From Tubiluchus corallicola (taxonomy: Eukaryota > Animalia > Priapulida), in NCBI GenBank assembly GCA_030141605.1, contig JAQGDQ010000090.1:1-64000 (forward strand): a DNA stretch of 64,000 bases, read 5' to 3'. A program made the position numbers and the translations under genes. The notes under the pieces were generated by a model that was not told the origin of the DNA, searched no databases, and saw only the letters and a program-made list of their open reading frames with translations. Shown one piece after another: positions 38,673-52,959 of the stretch (its first letter is position 1; every line of letters begins with the position of its first letter).

Positions 38673-41033
38673 TCTGTCTCAAACAGATTCTACAGCCTCC
38701 AATGGATACATGATCAAGGTCACTCCACATGACTAGTAATGGAGCCTATTTGCATGCAGATGGTGAAACCTTCACAGTGTCTAATACGAGCACTTTCATT
38801 TTATAAAAGCTGGCCATGATAGCTAGATTATGACCATTCTTTGTAAATTAGATATTAGTGTCCACCCGTAGGCCCTTTTTGACATTGATGTACTAATATC
38901 TTGATGCGTATATATCTTGTTGTTGATGAGCACTTTCACTTTCTAAAAGCTCGCCATGATAGCTAGATTGTGATCATTCTTTGCTTGATGTCTATGAGCA
39001 AATGATGAGCCATTCCTCAGTAGAAATTATAAAAAATCTGAAGCGATGAGAAGAGCCGAGTGGTCACAGCATGTATTTATCAATCGAGATTAAGAATGGT
39101 GATTGTAATTTATTATCCACTTCAGCAGATAATTTTACATTACAATTTGCGGTATTATTATAACTATTATGTACTATAACTATACTATACTATAACAAAA
39201 ATTGTAACAGAACTGTATTAAAATAGTTACTAAACTACATAATAGTTTATCAACTAGGAACAGAAACTGCATGGTGATCGAGGAGAAAAACTTGTGAAAC
39301 TACTATGAAAATTTGAAATTAACAAGAGAAAGAATTAGAGAAAAACAGAGAATGGTAAAGATGAAGTAATAGAGTAAAGATGGAGAAAAAGAGAAGAGAA
39401 ACAAAATAGAAAGGACTTCAGCAGAGACGTGATGCAAAAGTATGAAAATATGAACAATAAAGTTACCAGTCCCAGGATACACTGTAACTATCGCAGTTCA
39501 CGGTGAAACCCAAAAAATGTATTGTAAGTAGGAATTGAGTAGAAGAGATTTCACATATCTTTTAAAGCCATTTAATGTTCGATGTGTTGTAACATAAATT
39601 GAATAGTCAGTGAATGGTTGGGTGAACCATACGAAACTTTGCCAGTTTCATCCGTTATTATGATTTTGGCTGCTTATTTGGTAGAGAAAGGATTTAGGAT
39701 ATGCATACAAGAGGTAAGATAACAGTTTAGTGGCTCACCTGACTTAAGGCATGATAATGAGTCAGATTTTGGATAAACTGCCACATTGAGTAAGTCCTGC
39801 CATTGAACACTGTATTCACATTTTCAAAAAAAAACGCTTATTGTGTAAATTAGCTGTTTTTCTCGCTCTATTATTCAGTGTCTTTAGAGTTGTATTTTTA
39901 TGTTGTAGGATTAGCATAAAACGAAATGTTTTAGTAACTGAGACGCAGGTGCTGTAATAACAACTCATTAACTGGTAAAAGTGATCTTCAAAACACATCA
40001 CCGTCCACAATTTCTTATAATTATAGCACAGCAATTGAGTACATGTCATTGAACCTTGCAAGCACCTCAAGCTGATATTGATAGACAGATGACATTAAAA
40101 ATGTTGACTATGAAAAACCGCTGTCACAAACTCAAATTTTGTTGGCTAAACTATATACATATATAGGTCTTATCAGGTCGCAGGCTAAATAGCAACAATT
40201 AGATGGGCATTCATAGCTGTACAACTGCAAAAGACCTACAGGAAATATCTTTGGGCCTTACACGCCTTACTATTTAAGAAAAACAGAAAAAATGTGTTTT
40301 AAATAGTAACTTTGTTTTTAATGTTGTAACCTTGAGTGCATAAAGTGACAATGGATTAAAATTCTAAATGATGAATGTGGCATTTCTGTCGTCATAACTC
40401 ACCATTTTTGTGTTATTTGGTTAGGTGAATAAACTGCACACATTTGTCCATGGTGTGTAAATTCAGAAAAGCAAAAAAACATCCATTTCCTATGACATTG
40501 TATCTTATCTACTAGACTTGAGACGCAAGTTATTCTGATGACAATGTGACACAAATTATCCTTAAATTTATGCAAATGCCAAAAAAATTTCTCGAATTAC
40601 GAGATCAGCAAGTCCATAATAAATGATGTTGTCTAACATTTTATTAACGTTTGCACGCTCATTACATAACAATTACTGTTTTAAGCAAGCAGAACAGTGG
40701 GCAGATCTACAGTCAGGTTTCTCAGCTAAAGTCATTAACTCTGGATAACGAATTCAGATAAAAAGTACTGTCATCATATAGAGTTACACATACAACACAC
40801 AATTCTCATTTAAAGGAGTACTAGTTCAAGAATTATGAGTGAACACAATTCTGATTAAAAAAACAAGCTTTCAGCACAAATATCATATTTCAACATTATA
40901 TGCTACCAACACACTCGCGTAACTCTTGAAGACTCGTTACAGTCTGTCAGGTGACACTATACAGTTTGCTATCAGCACATTTGATTCACTCCTGGTAATT
41001 TGTTTTAGTCCGCTAGTGTGCCAAACAAATTCA

Positions 41034-41216
41034 CTACCAGCATGCTCGAGTCACTCCTGACAACTTGTTATAGTCCGCCATGTGACGCCACACAAAACGG
41101 CTTATTCGCCACCTCCTTAGGAGGCCTCTTGGTCTAGATGAGACTATGCAGCGTGTATGGCAGCGTGCCATGCGCCCATCAGCAGGAAGTGCATGAATTT
41201 CTGCATCAGCTGTTGC
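41034..41216 (-). CDS. MRPS14: Mitochondrial ribosomal protein S14, exon 3
   Basis: cag|ATADAEIHALP..RCIVSSRPRG..RWRISRFVWRHMADYNKLSGVTRACW*; uS14 signature. Minus-strand AATAAA at about 40640. Confidence 0.95.
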   Translation of the reverse strand, partial: ATADAEIHALPADGRMARCHTRCIVSSRPRGLLRRWRISRFVWRHMADYNKLSGVTRACW

Positions 41217-42317
41217 CTGAAAATGATAGGACGAATAAATTACACAAGACAGGAAAGCTTAATAACTAGTAAATTACTCAAATAAGGCAATCCTTTGCCA
41301 TTGTCTTGTCTTGGTATAAATACAACAAGAACAGCAAACACTGTACGAAATAAAAAACAAGTTTACTTTTTATACACTGTATTAAATTGTGGAAAAATTC
41401 CAGGTTGATGAGATCATTCTTGTGATTTAATAGTCATTGATTGTCACGACTTACATTTCTAAACCGTTTAAAAACATGAGGGAACAAAACAACAAACAAA
41501 AAGCAATCAAACTGAGCAAGTACAAAACTACAAAAATGTAATTAGCAAGTTATTACGAAGTAGTATTAATTAAGCTCAAAAATAGACTCAAAGATCGGGG
41601 TGTGCAATAAAGTGACATTTTGACTAGCACTGACTGCCAACCATATGTGAGATTGAATTACAATTCTTATTAACTAAATTAAAATTAAGTACATGTCTGT
41701 AATTTAAGATTATAAATTTAACAGCTGCAGCACATGTACGGAATAATATCCAGTCTTTGAAATATGCAACTTTAACAGCTCAAATATAGCAATTGTACAA
41801 GTTTATTAAATTCACTAGTATTTTTTTATGTATCATCCTGTATCACTCTAGTGTTCATTACTAGTTCAAGTCTCATATTTAATCATTTATGGTGCAAGGC
41901 TGGAACTACTATTGGGAGAAACATTATTTGTAGTATACTTGCTCCATAAAGGAGAAAAGATACAAAACATATGTGTATTTTTAAGATTTATTTGTGTGTT
42001 CATGTACACAGAACATAATGCAAAACGAAATTACAATGGACTTAAATGAAAAAAATCAAGGAAACATTTAAAATACTTTAATTTCATAACAATGTATCAT
42101 GTGATGACAAAAAGTATCTGTGTACTTGAAATTATATGATTATTGAATCACATTAATAATACATCAACAAAAAATTGATTAGAAAATTTAAAAAATTCTC
42201 TTTAAATTTTTGTGAGCCCAGTTATTTCGCAAATGACAATGATAAATGCTTTAATTTTTAGACATCTTTCTTATCTTAGAAATTTTTTTAAATTGCAACT
42301 TGAAAGAAAAAACTCAC

Positions 42318-42536
42318 TCTTAAATCTGCTGGCAATATTTCATTTTTCCTAATTGCATTGATGCGCAGTCGTACAGGACCCCATTCTTTTATCCTACGCC
42401 TCCGTTTAACATCTCTTCTCATACGGCAGTCTGGCCACTTTCCCCACGGCTCACCAAATTTATTCCATAATGGCATTGCTGTCCGTGCTGGAGCTTGTGG
42501 TAGAGGTGAATGCATCTGAACTGTGCTCTGAATAAC
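42318..42536 (-). CDS. MRPS14: MRPS14 exon 2
   Basis: ccag|VIQST..DCRMRRDVKRRR..RLRINAIRKNEILPADLR|gtgagt. Confidence 0.93.
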
Positions 42537-44299
42537 CTGGAGGATAACATTTGAAACACAAAAGTGAAAACGATTGACATGGAGCCTAGATTTAATTTAT
42601 GATTATAGAATAAATTACCTTCTAGGATTTAGTTATATGAAGGTGAATAAAAAATATATGTAGTCGTTTTAGTGTAAAAAAACTATAAAAATGTGAATAC
42701 GTAAAAATGTTGGCAGGTATTCTGTACATGGAATGATGGGTCGGCGGGGGAACAAAGTCAAAAAATTGAGAAAAGGTGTACATACTACTTTAAAGTCTCT
42801 TTACATACTACTTACAGAACAAGCCCTTTACTGAAAAAGGTGCAGATCGCTTCTGAAAAGTTCTTGGGGGGGGGATGGGAGACGACGATCAATCAATAGC
42901 AACAATGGAGTGCAGCTGCCAAAGGCACGAAGCCATTTGTGGGGGATCTGGTGGTTATAACAGGAAATTTTGAAAAAATTGATTTGTTTTTGCTTGCATG
43001 TGAGCGTAGCTTGTGCATCTCAGTGGCCCAAATTTCATGGATGTTTTTACCATGGAGAAGAGTAGCTTTATTTAGAACTAATCATTCGACGGATCAAATT
43101 TGATTTGCATAGTGACAATTAAGCCAGAAATGCTTACTGTTGTACTCTATTATATTTGTTATTATTACTAAAATGGAAGCCTTTCCTAGTTTGGTTAAAA
43201 TTTAAAACGTAAAAGTACTCTAGTTAAAAGAAATTGGATGCCGACCAGAATACTTAATAAATATTGTGGTTTTTTATTTGATTGCTTTACATAAAGAGCA
43301 GATTCGTTTTTACAAACACAGATGCATGCATGAGAAACGTGTCATTTCATCCAGTTGAGTGCTTGATAGCCTGTCAGCAAAAACTAACTGACTGCTGAAA
43401 CTAACTGACCATGCTATTAAAGGAATGCCATTTGTGCAATAGTCGCAGGACACAAGATTACAGTTTCAAATCTTAACTGATTTGGAAAGTCAATAATTAT
43501 ACATTTTTAGAGTCTTGATGTCGCTCATTGACGACACACGTGTCATTATGGTAAGAGTTGTGAACCTTGCAGTTTCTGTTTCAGCTTTCAAACCAAGTTG
43601 TGCAAAGTGTTCATTTTACTCTCGCTAACAAGTCTCAATTCACAAGAATTAGAAAGGCCGAAATGCTTATCATAATCTTATTATATCTAGGCTGAAAAAC
43701 AAAAATTAACAGTAGCTAAAAATAGTTCTGCACTTGCGAATTGAAATTAAAGAAAACTTTTAATTGCGCTCTTTAAAACAATTGTACCAGAACATAACCA
43801 ACAAAACGTATACGAAAACCTAGTTGGCTGTATTCAGAAAAAAATGAATTCTGCATTTTTCACATTTTCGGATCTTACAGTCACTTCAATATGATTTGTT
43901 TTATGATTATACTGGCCGAAACAACACGGCTCTAAAATGCACTGACAGATTAGCATATCCGACTTTGGCCAGATATGTGGTTACTAGTAAGCATGTTAGT
44001 CATGCATGTATGCAAAAGCCTGTAATCACAGCAGCTAAGCATGGTGGTATACAGCAGCTAATTAGTTTCTAATGCTTAATATGAATGTCAATGACTTTCT
44101 AGCTGTAACAGGCCTATAAAAAGGGTCACAGGATTGATGATTAAACCTACAAACTTTCTGACGTAAGTTTTTTTATCTCAATAGTTTTCTCAAATTCATA
44201 CTCACTGTTGCCACTTTAAAAGTAATTTATAACAACAAATTATAAAATGTTTACGAACTGAATTGCTGAATTTATTGGCAATCAGTTTCTGGGTAGACA

Positions 44300-47230
44300 T
44301 ATTAATTTTATTCGATTTGATTTAGTTTTTCATTTCAAACCAAAGGTTCATAGCATAAAACATTTACATATTTACAACAAGAAACAAAAACACACACATA
44401 CATTAACACAGTAAATTAATAAATGGAAATATACACAACAATTACACAGTTAATAGTAAATTCAACCAATGATGTCTGATGTAAATTTTGCATCACTATG
44501 ACTTTGAAGTATAACATTAGTATTACCATTAAATCTAGTTATTAAACTAAACACACATTTCCTATAGATAACATCAAAATAAGTTACACCAAGCTGTATA
44601 CTTAGAGACTGAACACTGTAATCATATTCGTAATTAAAAAATTTACGTTTTGAAATATTGTGAGCAACCTTGACTTTTCTGATGTTGTATAAATTAAAAT
44701 GTCTCCAAGTGGCCATACAGTAAGTTATTGCAATATGCATTAAATAAACAAATTTTTACATTAACTGAGCAATTTCCAAATTTTCTGATAAGTTGATTAC
44801 TACGGCAATAATACAGAGATCGTTGATTACTTATATCAAGGTTATTCTTATTATGATTTTAACGTGTCCCAAATATTTTTCTGCATTACAGTTCTTCAAA
44901 TGATTATTTTTAAGTTTAATTTTACTGTATACAAAAGCTTGCATTTCATTTGAACTGATAGACATTAATTTGGTTTTTTCTACATTTATCTTTATATCAA
45001 AATTGTCAACATAAGAAACTTAGACATCAAGTAGGCACTGAAGTGCCATAATTAATAGCTGTCACAAATAAATGTCACTCGTCTGCGTACATTAAATGAT
45101 TCATAATCATATTAGCATTACACCCAAGTTGAGTGCATGACAATTTAGCACTTAAGTCTCTGAAATAGAAGTTAAAAAGAACTGGAGACATTCTGCCGCC
45201 TTGACATACTCCGTTACTTATGCTGAAAAATTTAGAATGGATGTGCCCCCATCTAACAAACATAATTTGATGCATATAATAGTATACGAGTAGACAAATA
45301 GCAATATTTGGAAAAGTAGAAATAGTAAAATTTAAGAAAACCTTAAAGTAATGATATGAACAGAACTATTTTATGTAGTAATCAATAATTTCTTTTAAAG
45401 TGTATATACGAAATTCTATACCTAGTTTCTCGATATAGCCAAATTGGTACAGAGTTGCAGGAATAAGGTTTTTGCAACGATTCAGCAGTAAGGTTTCTAT
45501 GACTTTGCTAGTAATGGTTGACAATGCTATAGGTTTGTAGTTATTAACGTTTGTTATATCACCATTCTTATCTTTAACTAAAGGGACAAGCAAGACCTTG
45601 ACTTAGACATGAACTAAAAAATAGAGATAGGAGTATTGGCTACAATATCGATGCACACATAAAATGTTTTGCCTGCATGCTGTCTGGTCCTGTGGATTTG
45701 TGCTCAAAGAGGCTACGTGTAACATTGTGAACTTCTATTGCAGGAAAATTAGCTACAGCCACAATATTGGCATTGAACGTTTGCTGTAACTTATCAGACA
45801 TATTCTCCATTGTCTACAGAATTGAAAAATTTTATATTGCTCTCCCCACATACTACAAATATCACTTTCTCCATGAGATTCTCCAATGCGAGATGGAAGA
45901 AGCAATTTAGAGCTTGTTTGTTTCTTTATTGCATTCCAGAATTGGTAAGAATCACAATGCAACAGACAACAGGCTAATTTATCAGCTACAATGCTCTGCA
46001 TATGCCTCTTACATTCACGCAAAGTATATTTAATATATTTAACGAGAGCGACGCTTTTCTTCCGCTACCAGACCAAAACGAGGTTTGCCCTGCTGATGCC
46101 AGCTCAAAAAATATTGTCGGGAGTACCTATGCTTTTCCGCAACTAAGTCATTCCAACCAGGTATGTTTTTCCAGTTTTTATTCGTAGAAGCTGCCCATGT
46201 TGTGGTAGAGAATGTTTGAGAAGCAGAAGAATCGAGTGCATTAATTATATCGTTGTACAAATAAGAAAGTTCTTGTCTGTGTAAAACATTGTTACAATGA
46301 ACATAAGACTGAAGAATATGGAACGTTTATATTATGTAGGGCAGAATGAGTTAAAATATAATAGCGCTGTAACTGGTCCATATTTGCACTACCCCAATCA
46401 ATCGCACATTTTGAAGCCTGCACATTTGATTCCAGTACATTCTCAAAATTCAACTCTGGCACCTCCCTATTCTCAGATTCACAAAGCATACCTTCAACAT
46501 CACATATTACATAAACAGGCATATGATCGCAATCAGCCAGCTCATAATAAACATTGATATCCTTAATTAACTCTTCGACTGCAGTTGTACTTATAATGTG
46601 GTCTAGCCATGAACAAGTATTATGCGCAGCAGTGTTTTAATATCTGAAAGACAATAGTTATTAGTGGTACATGTACTAGCCACTTCTCGAAAGAATTGTT
46701 TATTTGGGTCAGCATTATAGTCGCCATTACAAGAGACATATCTTAATACTGTTTCTTCTACAAGTGCGTTAACTTTGCCTAAGCAAAGTCTAAATTCATC
46801 AATATTGTCATCAGCTTCGCAAGAAAAATAAATATCTATTAGATAGATATAGATCATTTTTTCACCCAGCAACACAACTTTTTGAATACCACTGAGTTTA
46901 TACCACAGAATGGTTACTTGTGATGCTAGCCTCTGGTTAACATTGAGTGCCATTATCATTGCACTTTTCTCTAAAGCTATCACATTGCTTGGAAGTCGAT
47001 GCCACGAAATAGCTAAGCCCATGACATTTCCGTGAATTAGCTACACACGAAGAATTGTTTACGTATATTTGTTTACACATACTAGCAGAAAAAAGTCTTT
47101 AGTAGCTTTTTAGTAGTTTGTATGCTTTAGTTTAATGATTGCATTGTAAATGTGAAAAAAAGTAATAAATTTGACTGTATTACACATTAAGCAACTGTTC
47201 GATTTCTTGTGTTAGTATGTGAAGGAAGCT
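44300..47230 (-). mobile_element. Decayed, nearly full-length LINE ORF2 (APE endonuclease and RT) in MRPS14 intron 1
   Basis: Ordered minus-strand motifs GLAISW, GDYNAD, IPGWND..W.QQGKPRFG, NNYKPIAL, QFGY, GVCQGGRMSPVLFN, YADE, with many stops and frameshifts. Confidence 0.9.
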
Positions 47231-47269
47231 TACAGTTTATTCTACCAATACCAGTACAGTTATCTCATA

Positions 47270-48030
47270 GACTTACGGTTCAATGGAGGTTATGGAAGCT
47301 TTTAAGCTCTATGTCTTAAAAAATTCTGGATCTTTAGGCCTCTGCCTAAATGCAAGTAAATGTGAGGTTATTAAATGCAGCAGTGTTAATATCGAACAGC
47401 TACAATAATCAGTTTCTACATTGCAAGAGGTTCTTTCGGGGATGTAAGTAATGTTTCTTGACCAATCAACTCTGTTAGCAGCACCTTTGGGGGATGATGC
47501 CCATGGTGTTTATTTTGGAAGACAAACTAGACCATTTAATGTTTCTTTCTTCTCGGCCAAGTTTGTTAGATGCACATGATGCACTGCACTTATTTTGACA
47601 TAGCGTGAGAGTACTATGGCTTTAATTGTGTCTACACTCCTTTAATAAATAAGTTTATTTTTATGGAAACCACTATGGTTACTGCGATTTTGTGTTGTTG
47701 ACCCTGCATTTGTTGCTCTATTCCAAAATTTCTCCACATCTTGAGATCTTCACCTGCTTTCCAATCTGTGGTGCTTAGTTATTAGTACTCTGTTCGTCGT
47801 GAAACTGGTCACGCAATACTAAACATGTCTGATTTAGTATGGTTATAGGCTTCCTTTGCAGTTTCCAAAGGAACTATTGCCTTGGTATAAAAAGTGTAAC
47901 CCAGTTTCCTCTCCCAGCTTTTATATAATATAATATAATTTATGCATCAGCTAGTGGCTGCGCTTTTTAGTTCAAGAAGTCCTATGCAACGTTCCCACTT
48001 CAGCACCTCTAACTCTTATGCTGGTTTACA
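47270..48030 (+). mobile_element. Decayed non-LTR retrotransposon RT/post-RT fragment (CRE-clade-like)
   Basis: GLCLNASKCEVI, LLAAPLG, LLDAHDAL, IPKFLHILRSSP, ASFAVSKG, LPAF. Confidence 0.6.
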
Positions 48031-48190
48031 TCTAGCAAAATTATTATAAATACGGTATTACCGTAGTTTTAGTCACAGAAGCAAAAACGCAGTAATATAA
48101 GTAATGTCGTGAAGTAACTTAGAAACAACTCCACTTTAAGATATCACTATGTTCTTTACGGCACTAACACTAGGTTAATGCAATACATAC

Positions 48191-48256
48191 CCTACGGAAT
48201 GGAAAGTTAATTGATTTCGCGAAAGTAAACAAATTTAACGTAACAGACGATGCCAT
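48191..48256 (-). CDS. MRPS14: MRPS14 exon 1 (mitochondrial targeting peptide)
   Basis: caagATGGCA start, MASSVTLNLFTFAKSINFPFRR|gtatgt, phase 0 joins exon 2; no acidic residues. Confidence 0.75.
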
Positions 48257-48618
48257 CTTGGAGTGGAAATTTGTCTAGACTCCCATCTAGTGGGTAACTA
48301 TGAAAATCCAAAGATTGCAGAAAAGGCACATTTGGGCGAAATAGTTTACAAATTTTATTCCAAAAACCGGCTTTTTATTTGAAATAAAGCATAAAATTTT
48401 TATATAGTTAAACGAAGTATTTTAAGGTCGTTTTCGTTCAATAAAGATATCAAAACGTTTTTAGTTTCATTTTATATCATGGGTAGTGCCAGTACATGTA
48501 ACAGCAACACATTGCGAAATGATTGTAGTGACGTCAATTTAGCCGGCCCCTCTAAGCGCAGTATATAAATTGCGTCACGCTACCGGTACGTTCCTCTTTT
48601 ACGCGTGGCACGTCTTTG
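48257..48618. promoter_or_regulatory. Shared MRPS14/EEF1A promoter with EEF1A TATA, TCT/TOP start and non-coding exon 1
   Basis: CRE TGACGTCA at 48529-48536, TATATAA at 48562, ttcctctttt at 48591-48600, donor g|gtgagt at 48619; CTCF-like ccatctagtgg at about 48283. Confidence 0.75.
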
Positions 48619-50334
48619 GTGAGTTGTTCGTTGTTTTATTGTAGCCTTTATTATTTTTATCCATTTTATAGATTGATTAATTTTTGCCATCCAGTAACAT
48701 ACAAATGGTAAAACAATTACAAGATGTTTCTAATTATATATAACCCTGTATTTTATCTGATAGGACACCAAATATGGGTTGTAATCTTATGCGCAAATGG
48801 GTGTTCAGCCATTTTCTTTTCGAACAGTCTTTTATGCCAATGTTGAATTCCATTGTCTATGAAGTGAATTAATTTTGGTACCGCCATTTGTTTAAGTGCT
48901 TTTTGCGGAGAACTTCAGATCGCTTTTATGTTTAAATTTGTATTTTCTAGGATGTTCAATAAGGTACAAATGTGTGTAGTTAGTACTGTTATTTTGCACA
49001 ACCATTTTGTCACTGGCCTACTATTTTCTGATGGGCAATCTGTAAATGTTTTGTAGAGCAATAAAAATTAGCTTTCAGTTACTGTAGGGAATCCACCATC
49101 CCCTTTAGTTTTACAAGTATTGATGACAGAACGTTTATTAATGCACATTAAAACACTTCATGAGTGACTTCTAAAAAATATTCTTCGTTTTTCGCTATGC
49201 TCACTTTCTAGAATTAATAGGCACTATTAACTCCTTTAAATGTAGAAAAACAAATGCAAGGCATTAATCACAAATTTCTTTTTAACTTGTTTAAGTCATC
49301 TTTACGCAGCTTGAGTTCAAAACCTCATCATTTTCTCAACTCTATTGCTTATTTCTTTTGTATAGTAAATTACTTCTCAGATTTAGTGATGCCTCTATTT
49401 AAAATTTTGGTTGTTAGGCCATATTTTATATCACTTGTATGTTATCGCGCACTACCACATACAATACCTTAATTGTATACAGGTCTTGCATTATCAGTAG
49501 CACTGTATGAAACTAAACTCCCACGATGACCGTTAGGCATGTTGTGTGAAACAAGTTTCATAAAGTTTGAAAAAATAGAGCATTCGTAGTACACTCTTTA
49601 CTGAGCAAAACTTTAAATTGCATTATATTGTCGGTAAGTTCAATAAAGTGTTTTTTGGTGAATCAGTGGTGCACGCTGTCATGGTGATGCAGTGCTGTTA
49701 TACTAGGTGACTTTAAAATTGCCTTTTCTTGTCCTTTAAGTCATGTCACGTCTACCTCATTATGTGTAAGCTGGTGTGGATTAGTTAACTGCCATTTATC
49801 AAAGACTGGTTTTTGTACAAAGAGACAGCCTGCTATTAATAGGTTACAGGTAGCATTCTAATGTAACAGATGCTGCAGTGTATTGTTTTCGGGTGGCCCT
49901 TGGAGTAATTCTTAACATAGTTTTTTTGTTATTTGACATATCCTCAAAATATGAAAAACGCAACGCTATCGTGATCAATCATCGCCAAAATAGAATTTCT
50001 GTTTTAATAATACCTAGGGTAATCAAAATTTTTGCAATTTCTGTTTCACATTCTTGTCTGGATTTTTGCCTTTTTTTGCATATCTGAAATTTTTTTGAAA
50101 TCTTAACTCTTCTTTTTCGTGTACATTCACTTCATTGGTTACATTAATGGAAGGATCTGCTGCTACTAACTGTTACGTAAATCTTCTGCTCTTTGCGTAC
50201 AGTACAAACTATGATTAAATGTAACTTGTTAGTAGTGTCTGTCTGAAGTGCTGTGTTCTTAGAAGCCATATATTGCGAACATATAACATTTCCGTAGTAG
50301 ATTAATCATACGTTTTGGCAACAAATTAGTTCAA

Positions 50335-50887
50335 GGGTCATTCCACGTGAATTCACTCAATGCAAAACACCCTTATGTCACAGATTTTAATGCGATTTGA
50401 TGCCTGTTAAAATTGTTCAAAGCAAAAAACACCTTAGCTTTTTACAGAGAACATGGTTCAGATACTAAAGAATTCAAAAATGCCGGGTTTGGTCTAAAAA
50501 ATTCTGTCTCACAAGGTCATTTTCAAGGTCAAAGTATAGGTAAAAAGTTAATGTAAACTCATACACCACCTATCTGAAGTTTTATTGCTGATCCTGAAAG
50601 CCTATTGACTTCTCTTTAAAATGATACCACTACCCTCAAAATTGGATTTAAACTTTTTGAGTTATGATCATTTAAAAACTGCATGTCACGCCGATTTTGG
50701 CGATTTTTTTTAGCCCTTTTGGCCATTTTCAAAGGGCCATAACTTTTGAACCGTAGGCCCAATTTCGCTAAAAATTTGGTTTTTTGATTTCTCCATAAGC
50801 CAAACCAACACACCAAATTGCATTAAAATCTGTGACATAAGGGTTTTTATCAGAAAAAATATTGGGTGATTTGAGGTGGAATGACCC
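50335..50887. mobile_element. MITE (Sola2-like) in EEF1A intron 1
   Basis: TIR gggtcattccac / gtggaatgaccc, sub-terminal IR cccttatgtcacagattttaatgc, flanks tcaa / tcca; a related end gggccattccacctcaaat lies at 55229. Confidence 0.8.
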
Positions 50888-51797
50888 TCCAATTAAAGTG
50901 TTGTGCACTTTAGTAGTTACACATATAGTTCTATTATTATCTATGCCAAATTTGAAAGTTAAAGAATTACTTCTAGATTCTCTAGAATCTTTTACTGGCT
51001 AGTTTTCTGAGCAGTAGAGCTGGCCCTGCTAGGACATACATCTAAAACAAATAAGAATGTTCAGCCTGAGTTTTTGCTCGGGAAGTGTTAGTATTCCTAT
51101 TGTGATTAGCTAGAAATTTGAATGATGACATTAATATTTTGATTAGTAAAATTAAATTTAGCAGAATATGCATTCTGAGTTGCCAGATCTGATAACTACG
51201 TTGTGTAACAATGTGTGAATTAAACTGTAATTTTTATACATCAATATTTAGTTAATTTATGTCAATTATTGGTCTATTGCTCCACCCCCGCTGTAATGTA
51301 AGAACATTCAGTAGCATTTGGGATAATGGCTCACGCATGACAACTGACTAAGCTAAAATGAACAACATGACAGTCACGACTAATATCTAATCAGCAGATA
51401 AACTGATTGCACTTTTTCATAAACACAAATTTGCAGAGCAGCAGCTATTTTTACATGAAATTAACACTGTATGTTATAATAAATTAAGCATATAGTTTTG
51501 TTGTAAAAAGTAATTTCTGTACTGCTTAGCAGAGATTCCTGTTTGAATTTAATTAATCTAAGCATATTCGTTGCTTTCTAGGAAGATGTAAGTTTGCTGT
51601 TTATAAACCGAACTTGTAGACGTGTACAGATTTTTTCTGTAGGTCAATTGCTAAAATGTTTTAAATTGAAACCTCAGCTTTGTTGCTAAACAGCAAATGA
51701 AATAGGTTCATAATTTTAGTGGAATTGGATAAATTTGTAAAAAAGATAAGTAATCACTCCTTGTCATTCGTAAGCTCCGTCGTAATTTGAACCTTGA

Positions 51798-52121
<324 letters not shown>

Positions 52122-52959
52122 TGAAAATAAATCTCTCCCATGATAGGTAACTGGTGTCGCATGTTTTGTTTCTAGCATGAGCAGTGGTTTTGCTTATTTG
52201 TAACTTTTGGTGAAAAAAGTAGAAACAGAAATCAGCCATAGTAACAGAGTCCTTCTGAGACACAGATTTAAATAGGTATTTTACTTTGTACAAGAGTAGT
52301 CTGAATTTCTAGTGCTTGATCTTTTTCTGCATTACATGAGATAGTGATGACTATAATACTCTTTGTTTAGTTCTTTAGCTGTGCTATAGTAATGGATGAT
52401 ACAGAAATTTAAGTAATTGTTGATTACCTTTGCATCAAGTTGCATCAGTAAGCGAGTTCTGATACTAATAATGGGGGAATTCAACTATGATAAACATATT
52501 GAGCGGGACAAGCTCCCCTCCCAATTTGTTTAGCCAAAATATTAGTTACAGCCAATTTTTTAATAGTTTTTTTATGTGTGTTAGTTCATTTGCCAAGAAT
52601 TTGTCACGTTTTCTTTTGGCTAAACTTTATGCATAAGGTGACCAAGTCTTTAACAATGACTAACACAACGAGGCCTGTGTAGTGATTACATTATTTATTT
52701 AGCACTGTAATGCGATTCAGAATTCGCAATTCGTGATGATTTCGTCAACATTTTCAAACATCGTTGTACGTTTTCAAGCTCAGAGTTGAAGCCCAAAGTT
52801 TTCGGATTTGAAAAGAAATTGTGTAGATCTTTATACCAAAAAAATTCTAATTTGAATATATTCATTCATTTGATTTTGATTTGTTTCAATTTGCCTTTTT
52901 CAACCATGTTTCAATTCAGTCATTTAATTTTTGATCTTATTTGTAACTTTGTTATGCAG

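Noticed and set aside
49520-51180. Other C/D-box pairs in EEF1A intron 1 (about 49525 and 51121)
   Set aside because: No terminal stems or recognisable guide; such motifs are expected by chance in AT-rich DNA.
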